Shown here: in pieces, positions 57,870-64,000 of the stretch | How positions within the stretch are numbered: position 1 is the first letter of the stretch | How the letters are laid out: every line of letters starts with the position of its first letter | Source: Acidimicrobiia bacterium | GTDB taxonomy: Bacteria > Actinomycetota > Acidimicrobiia > Spongiisociales > UBA5794 | Direction: 5' to 3' | Assembly: GCA_041611095.1 (NCBI GenBank) | Contig: JBFINP010000006.1 | Coordinates: forward strand, 12,394-76,393 | DNA: 64,000 nucleotides | Notes under the pieces: generated by a model | The model's input: the letters and a program-made list of their open reading frames with translations, nothing else | Told to the model about the DNA's origin: nothing | The model's database searches: none | Program-made: the position numbers and the translations under genes

Positions 57870-58195
57870 GGTGCCCGCGGCTTCGGTGAAGAAGTTCGGT
57901 GAAGAAGGCGGCCATTTGTCCGGCGAGCTCGCCGCCGAACACGTCGACGAATTGCAGACCGCTCGGCGCTCACGCCGTGCTCGTGGGGCGGGGCCAACGG
58001 CGTGGCGACGCCGTCGAAGGCCACGTCGTCTCGCCCTCCGGCCATCAGGATGGTCTCGTATCCGAGCTCGTCGAGATAGCGATGGGCGGCGGCGACATCG
58101 AGCGGCGAGTTGTCGATGTCCTTCTCGCCTGCGGATTGTCCTGTCGCCGGGAGTCATCCCACGGACCTGAGCCACGCCGTGTCCTCGTGTCGCAT
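57870..58195 (-). pseudogene. Possible decayed alpha/beta-hydrolase remnant
   Basis: Protein-like fragments GQSAGEKDIDNSPLDVAAAHRYLDELGYETILMAG and, in another frame, FVDVFGGELAGQMAAFF; in-frame stop; 13-bp tandem duplication at 57882-57907. Confidence 0.35.
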
Positions 58196-58292
58196 CGAGT
58201 ATACCATCGGTCGGTAGTAATATGATCTCATACGACAGTATATGCTCAGGCCGGCCAGAGGCAAGCCGCCGGGCGACACCTATCATCGCCCG

Positions 58293-59543
58293 ATGCACTA
58301 CGACCTGACCACGCTGCCGAACGGCTTACGCGTGATCTCCGAAGACATGGCGTCCGCCCGATCGGTGGCCGTGGCCTGCTGGGTCGATACCGGCAGCCGG
58401 GATGAGCACGGCCCGGAGGCCGGGGCCAGCCACTTCCTCGAGCACCTGCTCTTCAAGGGCTCCGAGACGATGACGGCCCAACAGATCTCGGAGGCGTTCG
58501 ACGCCGTGGGCGCCCGGAACAATGCGTTCACGTCGAAGGAGTACACGGCCTACTGGGCTCGCTTACGCGACGCCCACCTGCCGCTCGCCCTCGACATCCT
58601 CGCCGAGATGATCATGCGCCCGGCGTTCCGGCAGGAAGAGATCGATTCCGAGCGCCACGTCGTCCTCGAAGAGATCAACATGAACGAGGACGATCCCAGC
58701 GACGTCGCCCACGAGCTGTTCGTCCGAGCGCTGTGGGCGGACCATCCGCTGGCGCCGCCGATCCTGGGCACGAGAGAGTCGATTCTGGCGATGACCCGCA
58801 AGTCCATCGCCGGCTACTGGGGCCGCCGGTACTCGCCTCGATCGGTCGTCGTGGCCGTTGCCGGCCGGGTTGATCACGAGGAGCTCGTCGCCTTCGTCGC
58901 CGAGCGCTTCGGTGCGTGGCAAGGCTCCGAGATCGAGCGGCCGCTGTCGACACCGCCGACGGTGAGCCAGGTCAACCTCCGGTCCAAGGACACGGAGCAG
59001 GCGCATCTCGTGTTCGGAACGACAGCGTTGCGCCGCGACGACGAGCGGCGTCACGCGTTCCTCGTCGCCGACCACATCCTCGGCGGCGGGATGTCGTCGC
59101 GGCTCTTCCGCGAGATCAGGGAGCAGCGGGGCCTGGCGTACTCGGTCCACAGCTTCCGGATGCCCTTCGCAGACACGGGTGCGTCGGCGATCTACGTCGG
59201 CACCACGCCGAACCAGGCGCCCCAGGTCCTCAAGCTGGTACGAGCCGAGCTCGACAAGATGATGGCCGACGGCCTGACGGACGATGAGCTGGAGCGGGCC
59301 AAAGGACACGTCCAAGGCTCTCTGGCACTGTCCCTCGAGGATCCCAACAGCCGGATGACCCGGCTCGGCCGCAACGAGGTCACGGGCTCGGAGCACCTCT
59401 CGGTCGACGAGATCGTGGAGCGCATCGAGGCGGTGACCCCCGATTCGGTGCTCGACGTCGTGGGGGAGGCGTACGCCGGGCCCTACGTGCTTGGTGCCGT
59501 GGGGCCGTTCGAGCCGGGCGAGCTGGAACCCTACGTCGTATGA
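58293..59543 (+). CDS. M16 (pitrilysin) family zinc peptidase
   Basis: HFLEHLLFKG, NAFTSKE, GGGMSSRLF.EIRE.RGLAY; TATCAT -10. Confidence 0.93.
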   Translation: MHYDLTTLPNGLRVISEDMASARSVAVACWVDTGSRDEHGPEAGASHFLEHLLFKGSETMTAQQISEAFDAVGARNNAFTSKEYTAYWARLRDAHLPLALDILAEMIMRPAFRQEEIDSERHVVLEEINMNEDDPSDVAHELFVRALWADHPLAPPILGTRESILAMTRKSIAGYWGRRYSPRSVVVAVAGRVDHEELVAFVAERFGAWQGSEIERPLSTPPTVSQVNLRSKDTEQAHLVFGTTALRRDDERRHAFLVADHILGGGMSSRLFREIREQRGLAYSVHSFRMPFADTGASAIYVGTTPNQAPQVLKLVRAELDKMMADGLTDDELERAKGHVQGSLALSLEDPNSRMTRLGRNEVTGSEHLSVDEIVERIEAVTPDSVLDVVGEAYAGPYVLGAVGPFEPGELEPYVV

Positions 59544-59556
59544 GGTGCACGCTCCG

Positions 59557-60327
59557 ATGATCGAGGTCGCCGTCTCCGGGGCGGCGGGCCGCATGGGCAG
59601 CCTCGTGTGCGAGGCCGTCGATGCGGTCCCCGACATGAAGCTCGTGGCGGCGCACGACCCGGCCGGCGTGGGAGCCGAGCGGTGTGGGGTCCCGGTCACC
59701 GACGACGTGGAGGCTATCGCAGATGCAGATGTCGACGTCGTCGTCGAGTTCACCAACCCCGACGTCGTGCTCGACAACCTCGCCCACTGGCACCGGCTCG
59801 GGGTTCATGCGGTCGTCGGAACGTCGGGCTTCGGCGCCGACCGTATCGAGCACGTTCGCGACATGTGGACGAGCGAATCGAGTCGCTGCCTCATCGTGCC
59901 CAACTTCTCGATCGGGGCGGTGACGATGATGCGGCTCGCCGAGATCGCCGCTCCCCATTTCGCTGCCGCCGAGGTCATCGAGCTCCACCACGACCGGAAG
60001 GCCGACGCTCCGAGCGGCACCGCGATCGCCACGGCCGAGCGGATCTCCGCCGCCGCTTCGCAGCATCGTGAGGTCGATTCGCGCGAGCTGCTCCCGGGTG
60101 CGCGCGGCTCCTCGGTTGCAGGAGTCCCGGTGCATGCCGTGCGTCTCTCCGGCCTCGTCGCCCACCAGGAGGTGCTGCTCGGCAATCCCGGCGAATGGCT
60201 CACGATCCGTCACGACACGACGGATCGCACGGCGTTCATCCCCGGCGTGCTGCTCGGCATCCGCAGCGTTGCCGCTCTCGACGACCCGGTGACCGTCGGA
60301 CTGGAGGGCATTCTTGGGCTGGGTTGA
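59557..60327 (+). CDS. dapB: 4-hydroxy-tetrahydrodipicolinate reductase
   Basis: GAAGRMG, VGTSG, PNFSIG, ELHHDRKADAPSGTA. Confidence 0.95.
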   Translation: MIEVAVSGAAGRMGSLVCEAVDAVPDMKLVAAHDPAGVGAERCGVPVTDDVEAIADADVDVVVEFTNPDVVLDNLAHWHRLGVHAVVGTSGFGADRIEHVRDMWTSESSRCLIVPNFSIGAVTMMRLAEIAAPHFAAAEVIELHHDRKADAPSGTAIATAERISAAASQHREVDSRELLPGARGSSVAGVPVHAVRLSGLVAHQEVLLGNPGEWLTIRHDTTDRTAFIPGVLLGIRSVAALDDPVTVGLEGILGLG

Positions 60328-60361
60328 TCCGGTACTCGCCGTCGAGGCAGGCCGGACGGCG

Positions 60362-61324
60362 TTGACTCGATTCGACGTCCCGGGCTGGCTGTGGTGGGCG
60401 TTCCTCATCGGTATCGCCGGTCTGCTCTTGCTCGATCTCATGGTCTTCCATCGCGAGTCCCACGAGATCGAGCTGCGCGAGGCATCGATCACGTCGGCGT
60501 TCTGGATCGCACTCGGTGTCGCGTTCACCGCGGTGGTGTGGGCGGCGCTCGGCGGCACTGCAGCAGGGCAATACATCACGGGCTACGTGATCGAGAAGTC
60601 GTTGTCGGTCGACAACGTCTTCGTATGGGCGGTGATCTTCGGGTACTTCTCCGTGCCAAACCGTTATCAGCACCGCGTGCTGTTCTGGGGCATCTTCGGT
60701 GCGCTCGTCCTGCGGGCGGTGTTCATCTTCGCCGGCGTGACCCTCCTCGAGCGTCTCGAGTGGCTGCTGTTCGTATTCGGCGGTCTGCTGCTCTTCACAG
60801 CGGTTCGCGTCTTCACTCACGAGCCGGGCGACATTCATCCCGAGCGCAACCCCGTGCTTCGCCTCGTCCGGCGCTTCGTGCCGATCAGCGCCTCGTACGA
60901 TGGTCAGAAGTTGTTCACCCGCCAGAACGGGCGGCGGCTGGCGACCCCGCTGTTCGTCGTGCTGGTGCTCATCGAGGCGACCGACGTGGTGTTCGCGGTG
61001 GATTCGGTCCCGGCGATCCTGGCGGTGAGTCGAGACCCCTTCGTCGTGTTCAGCTCGAACGCAATGGCGATCCTCGGTTTGCGGGCGCTCTACTTCCTGC
61101 TGGCGGGAGCACGGGATCGGCTGGTCTACTTGAACCGCGGTCTCGGGGTGATCCTCTTCTACGTCGGAGTGAAGATGATCGCTTCGCACTGGTACCACAT
61201 CGACGCCTTCGTGTCGCTGGGCATCATCGCCGTAGTGCTGACCGTCACGGTGGTGATGTCGCTCAGGGCCAGCCGAGAGCGAGGCGAAGTCGGCGCACGT
61301 GCCGGTCAGGAATCCGACTCATGA
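60362..61324 (+). CDS. TerC/Alx family membrane protein
   Basis: EKSLSVDNVFV, QHRVLFWG, DVVFAVDSVPA, ILGLRALYF. Confidence 0.92.
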   Translation: MTRFDVPGWLWWAFLIGIAGLLLLDLMVFHRESHEIELREASITSAFWIALGVAFTAVVWAALGGTAAGQYITGYVIEKSLSVDNVFVWAVIFGYFSVPNRYQHRVLFWGIFGALVLRAVFIFAGVTLLERLEWLLFVFGGLLLFTAVRVFTHEPGDIHPERNPVLRLVRRFVPISASYDGQKLFTRQNGRRLATPLFVVLVLIEATDVVFAVDSVPAILAVSRDPFVVFSSNAMAILGLRALYFLLAGARDRLVYLNRGLGVILFYVGVKMIASHWYHIDAFVSLGIIAVVLTVTVVMSLRASRERGEVGARAGQESDS

Positions 61325-61752
61325 TCGAGCGTATCGTGGTCGGGGCCGAGGGATCGCCGGGTGGGCGGAGGGCGATCGAGTGGGCTGCGGAGCTGGCCCG
61401 CGGTCACGGTGCCCGCTTGATCATCGTGCACGCCTTTCAGCCCCTCGACCATCTCCCGGAGCTGACGCCGGGCGCCGACTTCGCGACACTCGAGGAGCGC
61501 GCCCTGGTGGACATCAGGGAGGACTGGTGTAGACCCTGCGCCGACGCGGAAGTCCCTTTCGAAGCCATCGTGCGCGAGGGCGAGCCCGCCAGGGTCCTCC
61601 TCGACGTCGCCGAAGCCGAGGCCGCCGACGTCATCGTCGTCGGATCGCGCCGGCTGGGGTCGGTCAAGCGGCTCGTCCTCGGCAGCACCTCGTCGAAGGT
61701 CGTCCACGAGAGCACCCGCCCTGTGCTGGTGGTCCCTGCACCTACGGCCTAA
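61321..61752 (+). CDS. Universal stress protein
   Basis: RIVVG, GEPARVL, VVGSR, LGSTSSKV..PVLVVP. Confidence 0.9.
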   Translation: MIERIVVGAEGSPGGRRAIEWAAELARGHGARLIIVHAFQPLDHLPELTPGADFATLEERALVDIREDWCRPCADAEVPFEAIVREGEPARVLLDVAEAEAADVIVVGSRRLGSVKRLVLGSTSSKVVHESTRPVLVVPAPTA

Positions 61753-62174
61753 TCCTGCCCTGACTCACCGAGATCTATCAGTCCGGCTGCGGTCGGCGTG
61801 AATCCGCACCGATCGATGTAGAAGGTCGCCAGGTCGTCGTCGAAGTCCACGTGGAGCCACTCGCACCCCGCGGCGCGGGCTCCCTCCGTGGCGACCGCGA
61901 CGAGGCGGGAGCCGATGCCGCGACGACGCACGGATCCGGCGACTATTACGTCCTGGAGCCAGGCGTGGACCAGACCGTCCCAAGCGATGTTCACGAACCC
62001 GATCAACGAGCCGTCCGAGCGGGCGGTGACCCAGCCCAGGCTGTGCTGCTCGACGAGGTGGCGCCAATCCCACTCGTCGGCGTCGTAGATCCGGTGATCG
62101 AAGGCCTCGGCGTGGAGGCGATTGAGCTCGGGCGACGAGAACTCGCCTCGCCACTCGTAGACCGGGGAGTCCAC
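61749..62174 (-). CDS. GNAT N-acetyltransferase
   Basis: GFVNIAWDG, RRRGIG, EWLHVDF. Confidence 0.87.
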   Translation of the reverse strand: MDSPVYEWRGEFSSPELNRLHAEAFDHRIYDADEWDWRHLVEQHSLGWVTARSDGSLIGFVNIAWDGLVHAWLQDVIVAGSVRRRGIGSRLVAVATEGARAAGCEWLHVDFDDDLATFYIDRCGFTPTAAGLIDLGESGQD

Positions 62175-62176
62175 CC

Positions 62177-63031
62177 TCAGAACAATGCGTTGCTCAGCTG
62201 GCGCCGGTACGCCTGCGTCAAAGGGTGCTCATTACCCAACACCTCGAAGATGTCGAGCATCGCATCGCGAGCCTCCTCCCAATGCCCGCCTTTCGTGCGC
62301 ACGACGGCGAGCATGTTATCGAGCGCCGGCTCGAACTCCGAACCCGATGCGAGTGCCCGAGCCAGGGCGAGACGGGCGGCTCCGTCCTCTGGATCGGCAG
62401 CGACGGCTGATTCCATCGGCCCGAGATCGTCGGTGCGGGCGCCGGTCAGCCGTGCGGCGGCCTGGAGGCGCTCCACCTCGGCGTTGGGGGCGAGCTTGCC
62501 GAGCACGATGAGGGCCTCCTCCGAGTCGCCGCGGGCGATGAGGAGGCTCGCCAGGGCGGCTCCGGCATCGGGATGGTCCGGTTGCCTGTCGAGCACCATG
62601 CGGAAGATCTGTTCGGCCTGGACCAGATCGCCGGCCAGCGCGGCGTCCCGCCCCTGATCCACCATCTCGTCCAACTCCGAGGGAAGGATCTCCGTGAGCC
62701 ACGCACGGAGCTGAGGCTCGGGAAGCGCACCTGTGAATCGGCCGGCCACGGCGCCGTCCCGGAAGCCAACCACGGTGGGAATGCCCTGGACGCCGAACTG
62801 CTGCGACAGCTGGGGGTTGGCGTCGACGTCCACCTTCACGAGTTCGAACGCGCCACTTGCTTCGATCGTGAGCTTCTCCAGCAGCGGGCCGAGCACCTTG
62901 CAGGGACCACACCATGCAGCCCAGAAGTCGACCACGACCGGCACCTCGTGGCTGCGCTGGAGCACCGCCTGGGGGAAGTCCTCGGTCGTGATGTCCGAGA
63001 TGTGTTCGTGTTGTCGAGCCACGAGCGTCAC
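62177..63031 (-). CDS. Thioredoxin-TPR co-chaperone (YbbN/CnoX family)
   Basis: DFWAAWCGPCK, QGIPTV, TPR helices, YRRQLSNALF. Confidence 0.92.
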   Translation of the reverse strand: MTLVARQHEHISDITTEDFPQAVLQRSHEVPVVVDFWAAWCGPCKVLGPLLEKLTIEASGAFELVKVDVDANPQLSQQFGVQGIPTVVGFRDGAVAGRFTGALPEPQLRAWLTEILPSELDEMVDQGRDAALAGDLVQAEQIFRMVLDRQPDHPDAGAALASLLIARGDSEEALIVLGKLAPNAEVERLQAAARLTGARTDDLGPMESAVAADPEDGAARLALARALASGSEFEPALDNMLAVVRTKGGHWEEARDAMLDIFEVLGNEHPLTQAYRRQLSNALF

Positions 63032-63092
63032 CTACGTCCGGCGTCCTGGCCGGGTAATCGTAGCCGTGATCGCCGCTGCTACCGTCCGGTCC

Positions 63093-63986
63093 ATGGAGCC
63101 CAGAACCGCCCCCTTCGGAGAGTTGCTCACCGCCGCCATAACCCCGTTCACCCCCGAGGGCGCCGTCGACTACGACACCTTCTGGCGCCTCCTCCGCCAC
63201 CTCGCCGACAACGGCTCGGACGGGGTGGTCGTGAGCGGGACGACGGGTGAGTCACCGACACTGACCGCCGACGAGAAGGTCAGCCTCTTCGCCACGGCGG
63301 TCGAGGCCGTCGGTACTCGCATGAAGGTGGTGGCTGGCACCGGGACCTACGCCACCGCCGAGTCGGTCGAGTTGACCAAACGCGCAGCGGAAGCCGGTTG
63401 CTCGGGCGTCATGGCGGTCACGCCGTACTACTCCAAGCCGCCACAGGAAGGGCTCTATCGCCACTTCGTCACGATCGCCGAGGCAACGGATCTCCCGGTC
63501 TTGCTCTACAACATCCCGGGCCGCACCGCCCGGCTCATCGAGGTAGACACGCTCGTGCGACTCGCCGGGCATCCCAAGATCGTTGCGGTCAAGGACGCCG
63601 TCGACCAGATCGACTTCACCCGGCGCAGCCTCGCGGTACTGCCCGAGGACTTTGCGGTGTACTCCGGGTCGGACTCGATGACCTTCGACATCGTCGCCGC
63701 CGGCGGAGTCGGTGTGGTCTCGGTGGCGTCCCACCTCGTCGGCCCGCAGATCAAGGAGATGATCACCGCACTGCGCTCCGGCGACGAGCCCCGTGCCCGC
63801 AAGATCGACGCCGCGCTCAATCCGCTGTTCGAGGCGCTGTTCCTCGAGCCGAACCCGATGCCGGTGAAAGCGGCGATGGACCGATGGTGGGAACCGGTGG
63901 GTGACCCGCGGCTTCCGCTGGTGCCGGCATCGGACGCCACCCTGGCTCAGATCGAGGCGGCCCTGGAGGCGGCAGCCGCGGCATGA
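63093..63986 (+). CDS. dapA: 4-hydroxy-tetrahydrodipicolinate synthase
   Basis: GTTGES, VTPYYSKP, LYNIPGRT, VKDA, NPMPVKA. Confidence 0.95.
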   Translation: MEPRTAPFGELLTAAITPFTPEGAVDYDTFWRLLRHLADNGSDGVVVSGTTGESPTLTADEKVSLFATAVEAVGTRMKVVAGTGTYATAESVELTKRAAEAGCSGVMAVTPYYSKPPQEGLYRHFVTIAEATDLPVLLYNIPGRTARLIEVDTLVRLAGHPKIVAVKDAVDQIDFTRRSLAVLPEDFAVYSGSDSMTFDIVAAGGVGVVSVASHLVGPQIKEMITALRSGDEPRARKIDAALNPLFEALFLEPNPMPVKAAMDRWWEPVGDPRLPLVPASDATLAQIEAALEAAAAA

Positions 63987-64000
63987 GCACATCGATCACG
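63983..64000 (+). CDS. Start of a translationally coupled downstream gene (possibly ribonuclease J by synteny)
   Basis: ATGA overlap with the dapA stop; only 6 codons visible. Confidence 0.35.

Noticed and set aside
58154-58156. In-frame TGA in the relic ORF as a second Sec codon
   Set aside because: No Cys/redox context and no convincing SECIS, and the region is otherwise degraded.
1-64000. Prophage, IS, integron, CRISPR, rRNA or tRNA
   Set aside because: No integrase, transposase, phage or cas motifs, repeat-spacer arrays or tRNA/rRNA signatures were recognised by eye.

Overview
High-GC, gene-dense chromosomal segment, most consistent with an Actinomycetota genome of the Acidimicrobiia type. 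That placement is inferred from gene content (DnaE2, Lhr-Nei, mycothiol-dependent isomerase, DUF4032, dapB/dapA) and from many leaderless TANNNT promoters. About 65 CDS, mostly housekeeping, metabolic, transport and lipoprotein genes. I saw no rRNA, tRNA, CRISPR array, integrase or transposase. Main points of interest: (1) a vWA/MoxR AAA+ pair whose ATPase has a reciprocal Walker A/Walker B swap (GKD plus LSE); (2) a ~147-bp five-hairpin intergenic element present twice, 45 kb apart and inverted, with compensatory base changes; (3) a peroxiredoxin-like selenoprotein (UxxC plus SECIS-like hairpin) that the ORF track splits in two; (4) a circularly permuted family-5 solute-binding protein; (5) an ABC transporter that appears to start at ATC behind a perfect Shine-Dalgarno; (6) an AroQ-esterase fusion; (7) a LexA box on a stand-alone dnaE2 and a PafBC/RecA-NDp-type promoter on lhr-nei. 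All calls come from reading motifs by eye; no database searches were run.
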